From: Lama guanicoe
Taxonomy: Eukaryota
Assembly (NCBI GenBank): GCA_013239625.1
Contig: MU053588.1
Location: 3,624,799-3,688,798 of the forward strand
Length of the DNA stretch: 64,000 nucleotides
Reading direction: 5' to 3'
Under the pieces are notes generated by a model, which saw nothing but the letters and a program-made list of their open reading frames with translations, did no database searches and had not been told where the DNA came from. Both the position numbers and the translations under genes were made by a program. Shown piece by piece: positions 11,266 through 21,460 of the stretch; position 1 is the first letter of the stretch; each line of letters starts with the position of its first letter.

Positions 11266-13128
11266 CTCGTAAGTCATTTAGGCAGAAGTTGAGCTGGGAG
11301 TTTGAATTCCTGAGCTCATCTTTTACTTTCACCATTTTGTCCAGTGACATGGAGAGCAACCAGCCAAGGTCACTGTATTCCTTAGTCTCCCCAAAATGTT
11401 CATTTACAGCATCACATAGCACCCTGCTTCTTATATGATTGATTAGGCATATCTAATGCAGATATTTTACCTGACTCTGAAACAGTTCACACCATGGACC
11501 GTCAGGGCTCTCTTTATGACTGGAAATCAAGTTATTAATGTCTTTAAATCTAATCAGGTCAGAGCACCAATTCCCAAAACCTCAGAACCAAATCAGAAAA
11601 CTCATCCTTAACATGCTGTTCATCGAGAGCCAACCTCGGTATCAAAATCTGTATTCGTCAGGGTTCTCCAGAAACAGAACCAACAGGATATGTAGAGGGA
11701 TAGATAAGAAAGATTTACGGGAGGACTTAGAGGCTGAGAAGTCCCACCATCTGCTACTTGCAAACTTGAGAACCAAGAAAGCCAGTGGTGTAAGTCCTGT
11801 TCTGAGCTTGAAATCTGGAGCACTGATGACCAAGGGCAGGAGAAGAAGGATGTTTCAGCTCAAGCAAATAAAGCAAATTCACCCTTCTTCTACCTTTTTG
11901 TTCTATTCAGGCCCTCAAGGGATCGAACGATGCCCACTCACATTGGTGAGTCATAGGACTCATATGCTAATAGCTTTTGGAGACATCCTCACAGAGACAG
12001 CCCAAATTAATATTTTACCAGTTATCCTGACACCCCTTTTCCTAGCCAAGTTGACACATAAAATTAAAAATCACACAGGCTTAGAAGGCAGCCTTCAAGT
12101 CTTCATTTTAAGGAGTCTTCTTGGGTAGATAGTCAAAACCTTGAAATGCCAAATCCCTCAACAGACCTACAATATGCATCAGAAATCCCATTCAGTGAAG
12201 GCATGGTGGCTGGTTATCTTCTCCCGGAAAACATTACTGCATAGCTTTCTAAGACATAGGATGTGTTCATTAGAGAACCAGCAGAAGGGAGGAGACTTAC
12301 AAATGGACACAAGGATTAGCACCTATGGTGAGCTGGTGTTCACAGAGCACCTACTGTATACAGAGGCCCCCTACCAGTTTAAAGCTCCTCATAGGCAGAA
12401 CTCACATTGCCCTATAAGGCATTTGATGTGTGTTTTGCAAGTCAGAAAACTAAGCCGCAGGGCAAGGGGAGCATTTCATAACCAGCAAAGGGGAGCTCCA
12501 GGCCTTTCTACTCTGGTCTAGAAAGTAGACTGTGTTTCCAGCGTTTCTGGAGCTTTGAGGCAGGGTGGGGAGCTGACTTGGGGAGACAATTGTGGTTGAG
12601 TGTGAGACATGGCAGGGGACCTTCAACTCTGAAAATGTCGCTTAGTCTGAGCAGCTTCAACAGCCGGCTCTGCCCCAACTCACCCCGGGCCCTTGAGGAG
12701 CCCCCTGAGCCTCAGTTTCCTGCTTCTTCAAATGGAGACCTGCACAGCTGCCTTACTGGGCTGCTCTGAGGCTCCAACAGGCAGACTGGTTGGGACTTGG
12801 GCCTGACCTCATGCTTACTCTGCAGTCAGGGATGAGATGAGATGGATGCTGTTGATTCCTTGTGAGAGAAAATGGTCCTTTTTCATCTTTCCCTCATCCC
12901 TTTGCCTGGCCATGGGACGCTGGAACTGAGAAGGATTGTGCAAACATTTTGGCCTCAGTGTAAGTGCATTTCAAACTACTGAGGCTGAGACATTAAATGC
13001 AAGCCAATGTCCTGTACATTCCATCTGAGAGATAAACTTAACATACATGCTCTCAGGCTCAGGAATGCGCAGGCACCGTCCTGTCAAGGGTGATCTTATC
13101 GGGGTGAAGAGGTGAGAGGGATACAGGT

Positions 13129-13135
13129 TATATAA
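13129..13135 (+). promoter_or_regulatory. TATA box of + strand BSP gene
   Basis: TATATAA ~43 nt upstream of gccATGg at 13178. Confidence 0.72.
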
Positions 13136-13177
13136 GAAGCAGACTGATGTGTGTCAGTCACAGGAAAGCAAGCGGCC

Positions 13178-13253
13178 ATGGCACCGTGTTTGGCACTCTT
13201 TCTGATCTGGGCTGGTGCATCTGTATTTCTACACCTGGAGCCTGTGAATGGAG
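13178..13253 (+). CDS. BSP coding exon 1 (signal peptide)
   Basis: Kozak gccATGg; donor G|GTGAGA. Confidence 0.9.
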
Positions 13254-14915
13254 GTGAGAGAGGCATGAGGGGATAGAACTGGTGCAAAAGAACCTGCACT
13301 GGACGTGGATCAAAGTGTAAAAATAATGATAATAATACTAGTGGTGACAAACATGTCTGCCATTTCTTGAGTATGTCCCAAGGGCCAGACACCATGAAGG
13401 GCTTTACATTTTATTTAATTTTCAGACAAGTCTCTGAAATGTAAATCCTGTCAGTCTGACCCAAAAGCCTATTGTGTTATTATTGACTGTCAACTCTCCT
13501 CATTCCTAAATATCCTTTCCAACATTCCAGACGGGGACAGCCTACATGCAGGGTTGGTTATGTTGTTCAGATTAAAGTTTTTGTTGTAAGTAGGGTTTCC
13601 TGTTTGAAGTAACAGGGACAGTTAGTCTCAGGGCACGTCCGGTGAATAACGTGCTGAGCCTCAGCTTTGCTGTTTAATTCATGTGTGTCTGTGGGACATC
13701 AATGAGAAAGGGCCAGATTCTTAAGCATCTGTTATGTTTAGTTCTCTAGTCAGGGTAAACAATGACTGTAAAATGTAAGAGGATAAAAGTTAGAGATGCA
13801 GAGCCGGTCCTACTTCTGTGTTCTGGCTGTGTCCGTGTTTTGTTCTCATTCCTCCTCCAACCGTCTCCTCTGCCCCTGGTTTTCTTCCAGATGAGCTGCT
13901 GCCTGTGAACTTCAGTGTTTCTTGTCCAGGTAACTGACGTTGGAAAATAATGAAAATAAAACAACAATCAAATCCAACGAACTAGCGTGCATGGTGCGGT
14001 AACTGATCTGGCTTCGCCTAAGTTACTCTACACGCATGCGCTAATTTCGCTCTCTCAGTAGCGGGAGGAGGCAGGGGTGCACGTTCCCCAGACTGAATGT
14101 GAAGAGCCAGGGGCCCCCATAGGGTGTTTCCTAGTCAAGACTGAGCATCCTGTTGATGATGGCGCTGGCATCTACCCAGGGCCTGGGCTTCAGGGCTGGT
14201 GCCATAGGCTAAGGTAGGAACGGCCCAAAGTTAAAGAACCCTTCCTAGCCCCGAGGGCACAGACCACACTCACATAGACCTGGGTATCCCTGGTGCTTAG
14301 CAGAGGGCTCTGTAATGATCATCACTGGGCCCTTGGTGATGATGGGCTGGGTTGAACAGAAACTTGCCAGAGTTACTGCAGAGATCATGAAACACTAAGA
14401 GCCGAAGAAGTGAACAATGTCTTTCTTCTTTCAGAAACTGAATGTGTTTTCCCATTCGTGTATGAAAACAGAAAGTATTTTGATTGCACTCGCCGTGGTT
14501 CCATAATGTACTGGTGTTCTCTAGACGCAGAATATAAAGAAAACTGGAAGTATTGTCGCAGCAAAGGTGAGTGTGCAGCTTGTCCTCATGGGAGGAGCAC
14601 GTGGCTTCCCAGATGAAAGGGGAATGTCCATGACTGCCTCCAAATGGAAGCCTCAGGCATCTCCTCACACAGCTGCCCCCCCTCCCCCGTGTTTCATTCA
14701 TGTCCCTTTCTCCTGATAAGACTTAAAAGAACCCTACAAGAATTAATTTTCTCACCCATTCCTTCTATTTTTCAGACTTTGCCCGATGTTACTTTCCCTT
14801 TATCTATCATAACAAAGTTTATAACAATTGCACAACACTTGGGAGTTTTAATGGGAAGCTTTGGTGCTCACTGTCTCCAAACTATGACGAGGATAAAGTT
14901 TGGAAGTATTGCTAG
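13178..14915 (+). CDS. Binder-of-sperm (BSP) family seminal plasma protein, PDC-109/BSP1-like, 128 aa, signal peptide plus two FN2 domains
   Basis: join(13178-13253,13891-13929,14435-14566,14776-14915) = 387 nt, all introns GT-AG and phase 1. Protein: MAPCLALFLIWAGASVFLHLEPVNG-DELLPVNFSVSCP-ETECVFPFVYENRKYFDCTRRGSIMYWCSLDAEYKENWKYCRSK-DFARCYFPFIYHNKVYNNCTTLGSFNGKLWCSLSPNYDEDKVWKYC*. Signal peptide and FN2 pattern match bovine PDC-109 as recalled. The exact ortholog is not assignable by eye. Confidence 0.92.
13891..13929 (+). CDS. BSP coding exon 2 (N-terminal extension)
   Basis: Acceptor tttcttccag|, donor CAG|GTAACT, 39 nt in frame. Paralogous to 4337-4290. Confidence 0.8.
14435..14566 (+). 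CDS. BSP coding exon 3 (FN2 domain A)
   Basis: CVFPFVY...C...WCSL..Y...WKYC; acceptor ttctttcag|, donor AAG|GTGAGT. Confidence 0.93.
14776..14915 (+). CDS. BSP coding exon 4 (FN2 domain B, stop)
   Basis: CYFPFIY...C...WCSLSPNYD..WKYC-TAG; acceptor tttttcag|; donor GTAAGA at 14926, 10 nt after the stop. Confidence 0.93.
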
Positions 14916-15567
14916 CAATCAAAGGGTAAGAGTGTCCGGGGAGGATGGGGAAAGACAGGGGTGAGCCGGGAAGAGACAGAGCTGGATAAAGAGGTGGAGT
15001 GAGGTGCCACGGAGAGGAGTGAGAAGGAAAGAGGAGGCAGGTGGGAAGACAGGATGAGGTAGGAAGGTGCAGGAGGAAGAGTGAGGAGCAGAGGTCCAGA
15101 GAGGGGGGAGAGGGGAAAAGGGAGGAAAGATGGAAAGAGAGTAAGAGACAAGGGCAAAATGCAAAAGATGGAGAGAGGAGAGTCCAAAAGGGAAGAAGAG
15201 AATTTGCAGAGAAAAAATGAAAGGAGGAGGATCTGGGAAGGATTCATGGCAAGAGAAGGTGAAAGAGAAGGTGAGCGAGGGGCAGAGAGAGGACAACATG
15301 CAGTCTTCTGAGCCGGGGTGAGAGGGCAGTCGTTTGAGAGACAGACAATTTCCCTCCATGGGACTGACTGGAAAACAGGTAGAATTCATTACCACTGACC
15401 CCATGACCATGTTCCATTGCTGTGCAGTTGCGCCTACCCATGGCCTTGGATGCAGTCAAGCATATGAAAATCAAGAAATCTCAAGTATGAAAGTGATGCC
15501 CTGAGTGACAGAGGTGCAATCCTTTCCCTGCGACGCCACCACGTTCCCGCTGTGCATGGGTCCAATC

Positions 15568-15573
15568 AATAAA
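15568..15573 (+). terminator. Poly(A) signal of + strand BSP gene (3' UTR exon tentatively ~15379-15590)
   Basis: AATAAA followed by a T-rich tract. The paralogous site in the - arm is ATTAAA (435-430). Confidence 0.65.
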
Positions 15574-16110
15574 CTACTTTATCTGCAGGTGTGATCTTTT
15601 TTTTTTTCCCTACAAAGAAACCAGTGTATCAAATGGGAGAGTCTCAGTGTGTCCAGATTGATCATGCAGGACCTTCTTGTCTTGCCCTTCCCTTCCTCTG
15701 GGTCCCGATGGAACATCAGTACACATCACAATTTTCCTTCCTGTTGGCTTGATTGAGAGGTAAAGGTCTGGTGAGGAGACTTGAGTTGAGAGTGGGAGGA
15801 GGGTCTCAGAGGGTATGAAGGGCTAGTCCCTGTCATAAAAGGTTTGTCTTTTCCTGGCTTAGCTGAAATGTTATTTCTTCCTGGAGCTATTCTCTGACTC
15901 CTCAATATAAGGAGCCTGGATCATGTCCTTCCAGTTCATCCATTCTCTACTAGCAATTAAACTGTCCAACTTCTGGGGGGCTGGGGTGGGAGGGGCTGTA
16001 ATTTGGGAAGGACAAGATGGACTGTGTTTGCCCCGGCATCTGTCCTAAGTGCAGAACCTGACAGATACTTGGCATTTTTCAAAAGGACTACTCTCCTTTT
16101 TAAAACAAAA

Positions 16111-16250
16111 AGGTAGGGGAGAGGGCATAGCTCAGAGGTACAGCACATGCTTAACATGCACAAGGTCCTGGGTTCAATCCCCAGTAACATCATTAAAATA
16201 AATAAATAACGAACCTAATTACCTTACCCCCCCCCAAACTGATTAAAAAT
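16111..16250 (+). mobile_element. tRNA-derived SINE
   Basis: gggcatagctcagaggtacagcacatgcttaacatgcacaaggtcctgggttcaatccccag followed by an (AAAT)n tail. Confidence 0.85.
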
Positions 16251-17009
16251 AATAAGAGAAACAGCAATTTTAGAGAAATATTATTTCAGTCACTAACTGG
16301 GCTTGAACGAAAGTTAAATTCACAAGTGTTAGAAATAATGAAGGGCCTCAAAGCCTGGTCACTAAATTTTATCCTGGTCAAAAACACTCCATGCCTCTCT
16401 AATAAATCCATGGGACCTGGGGATGAACTTTCAGTCACCATCCAGGGAAGAGGTATGCCGACTTATAATCACCATGCAGGAAGGAGGTACAATATTTGTC
16501 CTTTGCGATTTAGGGCCAGTCAGTGCCTCACTTGAAACCAGGACATAGTAAGGGCTATGCAGTTAACAGTCAGAAAATCTTCTCTTGTGGTCCCAGAGAA
16601 GCAGCAAAGAAGTTTTTATTTTTGGCTCTCTGATTAGATTATAAAGAATGATTATCCTGGGAGAAAGTCTTCCCAAAGTCTTAACACACATGTTCATGGC
16701 ACTGAATTTACACAACAAAAAAGTTAGTGTGAATTTACACACTCACACATATACACATTGCACACACACATGCACCTATGCATTCCTAGCTGAAGAATGC
16801 TGAGAAGTCTAAAGCGTTGTCAGAAAAAGATTCAAAACCAATCTCTAGAGATGACCCCACCAAAAACAAGCAAAAAAAACCTCCAGCACATCTCAGACAA
16901 CACATGCAAAATACCTGACGTGTTAGCTGTTGCCTGCTATGTAAAAGAAAAAATAGAAAATAACTTATAGGAAGAAAAGGACCTTATCATTATTCTCCAT
17001 TTTTTAAAT

Positions 17010-17370
17010 TTAACTGCTGTTTTGAGGTAGAATTGACATATAATAAACCGCCCGTATTTACAGTGTGCAATTTGTAAAGTTATGAGATGCCTACACCTGT
17101 GAAGCCATCTCCACAATGAAGATAAGGACCATATCCATCACCCAAAAAGTTTCCTCATGCTATTTTATAATTCGTGCATCACACTCATCCTTCATAATCC
17201 CCAGGCAACTATGGATCTGCCTTCTTTCACTCTAGTTTAGTTGGAAGTTTTTAGAATTTTATATAAATAGAAACCTGCAGCATGTATGCATTTTCATCTG
17301 GCCTCTTTCACTCAGTATAATTAGCTTAAACGTTCACCTTTGTTGTAGCCTATATCACTAGTTCATTCCT
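17010..17370 (-). mobile_element. Old L1 3' fragment
   Basis: Typical reverse L1M 3' text (ttgaggtagaattgacatataataaa...ccccaggcaactatggatctgc). Confidence 0.65.
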
Positions 17371-17619
17371 GCAAAGACAGTCTCCTGAATGGATATGTGA
17401 GGAGCTCCACCATGGAGTTTCCTACTCCCCCAGGAAACAGTCATAACTGGTTTTTAAAAATGGGCTCTCTCTCCTCCAGCGCCCAGTCATGGGCTATAGC
17501 ATCTCCCCTGAAGAGGCAGTGTACCAACAGGTCTCACCCCCTACCCTCACTCCAAGTGTAGTGTTGAATAGGCTAAATTCCAGGTAAGCATGGCTGAGCA
17601 GTCAGGGGGTTCTCTCAAA

Positions 17620-19355
17620 GGGCGTGGTGGGGAAACTGGTATGAAGGTTCTTCAAAAGTTAAAAATAAAACTATAATATGATCTAGCACTCCCACTTCCA
17701 GGTATAGACTGAAAGGAAACGAAATCAGTATCTCAAAGAGATATCTGCATTCCCATGTTTATTTCAGCGTTCTTCACAATAGCCAACATATGGAAACAAC
17801 CTAAACATCCCTCAGTGAATGAATGGATAAAGGAGATGTGGTCTCTACACACAGTGGAACATTCTTCATCCTTAAAAAAGAAGAAAGTTCTGCCACTTGT
17901 GACAACATAGATGAACCTGGAGGACATCATGCTAAATGAAGTAGGCCAGGTGCAGAAAGACAAATACTGCACAAACTCACTTGCATGTGAAATCTAAAAT
18001 AGTCAAACTCACAGAAACTGAGAGTATTATGGTGGCTACCGGGGACTGGAGGAGGGAGAAAACGGGGAGATGTTGGCCAAAGAAAACAGTTTCAATTATG
18101 CAAGATGAAGAAGTGCTAGAGTCACAACAAAGTGACTAAGCAATATTTTATTTTTTACTTGAAATTTGCTAAGAGGGTTGATCTTAAGTTTTCACACACA
18201 CATATAAGGTGACTATCTGAGATGATGTACAGGTTAATCAGATTGATAATGATAATTATTTCACAATGTATGTCTATCTCAAATCATTAAACTACATCCC
18301 CTAAACATATGCAATTTTTACTTGTCAAATATTCCTCAATAAAAAATATATAATAAATCAGCTCAGGAAGACTGTGGGGTATAAGATCAATACACAAAGT
18401 CAATTATATCTCTAAATATTAGCAAAGACCAAGCTGAAAATGCAATTAAGAAAACCATTTCATTTACAATGGTAAACAAAGAGTAAAATACTTAGGAACA
18501 GATTTAACAAAAGAAATGAAAAAAATAAATATATATTGTGAAAACCACAAAACATTGTGGAAAGAAAGTAAAGAAGACCTAAACAACAGAAAGACATCCC
18601 ATGTTTGAGGATCAGGAGAGTTAATATTGACGACATGGCAATACTCCCCAAACTGACCTACAAATTTAATGCAGTCCCTATCAAAATTCTAGCTGGCTTC
18701 TTTGCAGAAATTGATGAGCTAATCTTAAAATTCAAGGAAACTTTAGGACCCAGAATAGTCTAAAATTGTTTCTGAAGAAAAACAAAATGGAGGACTCACA
18801 TTTCTCAGTTTCAAAACTTTTAGGAAGCCACCCAATCAAGAGAGTGTGGTGTTGCTGGTATAAGGATAGACATGTGGAACAATAGACTCTAACTGAAAAT
18901 CCAGAATTAAACCTTCACATTTGCAACTGATCTTCAACAACATATTGAGACAGTTCAATGAGGAAAGAAGAATCTTTGCAACAAGTGGTGCTGAGACAAG
19001 TAGATCTGCGTGTAAAGTAAGTTGGCTACCTCCTTCATATCATCTGCAAGAGTTAACTTAAAATGGGTCATAGACTTAAATTTAAGAGCTGAAACTATAA
19101 CATTCTTAGAAGAAAATATAAGAGTAAATTTTAAGAACTTGGGTTAATAAATAAATTTTTACATACAACACTAAAAAGACAAATGACAAAAGAAAAAGGT
19201 TATAAATTGGACATTATCAAAACACATGCTTATGCTTCAAAATACAATCAGAAAATGAAAAGAAAACTGCCAGAATGGGAGAAAAATATCTGCAAATCAG
19301 GTGTCAGATAAGGAACTTGTATCTAGAACATATAAAGAACTCTTACACTTCAATA
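17620..19355 (+). mobile_element. Old L1 fragments (ORF2 C-terminus/3' UTR, then further ORF2)
   Basis: Degenerate ORF2 motifs (ccatgtttatttcagcg...aatagccaac; gcaatactccccaaactgacctacaaatttaatgcagtccctatcaaaatt). Confidence 0.8.
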
Positions 19356-19424
19356 ATATATGACAAATTTTCAACATCATTAGACAAGGAAAACCCCAAT
19401 GATACACCTCTTCATTCCAACAAG

Positions 19425-20050
19425 ATGGCCCACAAAAGATATATGCACCCCAACGTTCATAGCAGCATTATTTACAATTGCAAAGATATGGAACCAACGT
19501 AAGTGTCCATCAGATGAATGGATAAAGAAGATGTGGGATATCCATATATCTGTCAGTCTGTCTATCTGTCTGTCTGTCTATCTATCTATCTATCCATCTA
19601 TCACAGAATACTACTCAGCCATAAAAAAAATAACGAAATTTTGTCATTTGCAACAATATGGATGGACATGGAGGGTATTATGCTATGTGAAATAAGTCAG
19701 AGAAAAACAAATACTGTATGATATCACTTATATGTGGAATCTAAAAATAAAGCAAAATAGGGAACATAACAAAAAAGAAACTGACTCCCAAATATAGAGA
19801 ACAAACTAGTGGTTACCAGTGGGGAGAGGAAAGGGGGGAGGGGCAAATGGGGTAGGGAATTAAGAGGTACAAACTACTATGTATAAAATAAATAAGCTAC
19901 AAGGATATACTATGCAAAACAGGGAATGTAGCCAATAGTTTATAATAACTATGAATGAAATATAACTTTTAAAAATTGTGAATCACTATGCTGTACACTT
20001 GAAACTTACATAATATTGTACATCAGCTATACCTCAATAAAAACAAGTTA
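19425..20050 (+). mobile_element. L1 3' end (ORF2 C-terminus + 3' UTR) with internal (TCTR)n repeat
   Basis: ORF 19399..19695 contains KDICTPTFIAALFTIAKIWNQ...DEWIKKMW. Ends tacctcaataaaaa. Confidence 0.85.
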
Positions 20051-20055
20051 AAATA

Positions 20056-20190
20056 GGGGGAGGCTACAGCTCAGTGGTAGAGCACGTGCTTAGCATGCAG
20101 GAGGTCCTGGGTTCAATCCCCAGCACCTCCACTAAAATAAATAAATAAATAAATCTAATCATCTCCCCCTCCAAAAAAAAAAAGTTAAAA
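20056..20190 (+). mobile_element. tRNA-derived SINE immediately upstream of the PPP1R14B retrocopy
   Basis: gggggaggctacagctcagtggtagagcacgtgcttagcatgcaggaggtcctgggttcaatcccc followed by an A-rich tail. Confidence 0.88.
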
Positions 20191-20200
20191 TAAAAATAAA

Positions 20201-20644
20201 ATGTCCAGGTGGCCCTGGCGGCCGCCATGGCGGACAGCGGCCCCGGCCCCCGGGCCGGGTAGTGGCGGCCCAGGGCCCCGCGTCTATTTTCAGAGCCCGC
20301 CTGGGGCTGCAGGCGAGGGCCCGGGCGGAGCGGACGACGAGGGCCCAGTGAGGCACCAGGGGAAGGTCACAGTCAAGTACGACCGCAAGGAGCTACGGAA
20401 GCGCCTCAACCTGGAGGAGTGGATCCTGGAGCAGCTCACTCGTCTCTACGACTGCCAGGAAGAGGAGATCCCAGAGCTGGAGATTGATGTGGACGAACTC
20501 CTGGACATGGAGAGCGATGATACTCGGGCTGCCAGGGTCAAGGAGCTGCTGGTTGACTGTTACAAACCCACTGAGGCCTTCATCTCTGGCCTGCTGGACA
20601 AGATCCGGGGCATGCAGAAGCTGAGCACACCCCAGAAGAAGTAA
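20201..20644 (+). pseudogene. PPP1R14B: PPP1R14B (PHI-1) processed retrocopy (insert ~20208-20932) with an open 147-aa frame from a flank-derived ATG
   Basis: Intronless. From residue 13 on it is essentially PPP1R14B (AAPAPGPGSGGPGPRVYFQSPP...RHQGKVTVKYDRKELRKRLNLEEWILEQL...LSTPQKK). 3' UTR has AATAAA at 20885-20890, then an A tail and a 15-bp TSD aaaataaaatgtcca (20193-20207, 20933-20947). The native ATG at 20227 runs into TAG after 11 codons. Confidence 0.93.
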
Positions 20645-20949
20645 GGGTCCTCGACCCAGATGAACGGTGGCTCCCACAGGACAATCGCTGCCCCCTGACC
20701 TCGTAGCAACAGCAATACCGGGGGGCCCTGCGGCCAGGCCTGGTGCTGTGAGCAGGGCTCCCCGTGCCCCTGGCCCAGGGGCCTCTTCCCTGCCCCCTCG
20801 GTTTTCCACTTTTGGGGTTTTTTTATTATTATTAAACTGATGGGACTTTTTGTGTTTTTATATTGACTGCAGCGCGGGCCCTTTAATAAAGCTAGGACAC
20901 GCCTTTGCCTTTGGTGCAAAAAAAAATAAAATAAAATAAAATGTCCAAC

Positions 20950-21460
20950 TTTGACAAAAAGTTTTGAAATATGCAAAGAAACAAAACGGTACTTTACCAG
21001 GAACAAACCAATCAGTAGAAACTTTCAGAAGTTCAGATGATAGACTTACTAGACAAAGACTCCATATATTATGAATATGTTCAAAGAACTGAAAAAGGCC
21101 ATGCCATTTTTTTTTAAAGTTTGATGATATTGATCCATTGAGTAGAGAATACCAATAGAAAGTTAGAAATTATTCTTTTCAAAAAGACCAAATGGAAATT
21201 CTGCAGTTTGAAAGGATAATAACAAAAGTAAAAAGCTCACTAGAGAGGTTCAACAGCAGATTTGGGCTAGCAAAAGAATCAGCAAACTTGGTGATAGATC
21301 AATAAAGATTATCCATCCTGAAGAAAAAAAGAAAAAAAAAAAGAATGAAGAAAATTCAATAGAGTCTCAGGGACCTGTGGGACACTATGATGTTTAGCAA
21401 CATACACACAATGGGAATGCCAGAAGGAGAAGAGAGAAAGGGGCAGAAATAATAATAAGA
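20950..21460 (+). mobile_element. Old L1 ORF1-region fragment
   Basis: A-rich L1 ORF1-like text (aatagagtctcagggacctgtgggacac...ccagaaggagaagagagaaaggggcaga). Confidence 0.7.

Larger units (their letters stand above)
7445..12075 (-). mobile_element. Degraded ERV-L provirus with MLT2-type LTRs, internally deleted and interrupted by younger elements
   Basis: MLT2-like LTR at 11650-12075 (tgtattcgtcagggttctccagaaacagaacc...tcaca) and a partial LTR at ~7445-7650. The minus strand carries decayed RT motifs (VIPTTPTFNLPVWPAQSPDGPW*MTVDY at ~8270-8356; VHHIDDI at ~7968-7988) and gag-like text (ORF 9936..10190, WDEGGRNLKLDWAEFINVGSLHRDS). Confidence 0.85.
12330..15645 (+). repeat. Right arm of inverted segmental duplication (BSP locus)
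   Basis: Mirror of ~360-6150. Coordinate sums are constant within tracts (18483 for promoter/exon 1; 16002 for the exon 4 region). Confidence 0.93.

Noticed and set aside
11538..12128. 196-aa ORF
   Set aside because: Lies across an MLT2-type LTR in antisense and has no protein features.
12995..13025. Possible androgen response element (TGTCCT/GTACA) in the BSP promoter
   Set aside because: Only half-sites are present, without the correct 3-bp-spaced palindrome.
14644..14964. 106-aa ORF duplicated identically at 1038..1358
   Set aside because: Wrong frame across BSP intron 3/exon 4. Its identity reflects DNA homogenisation, not protein conservation.
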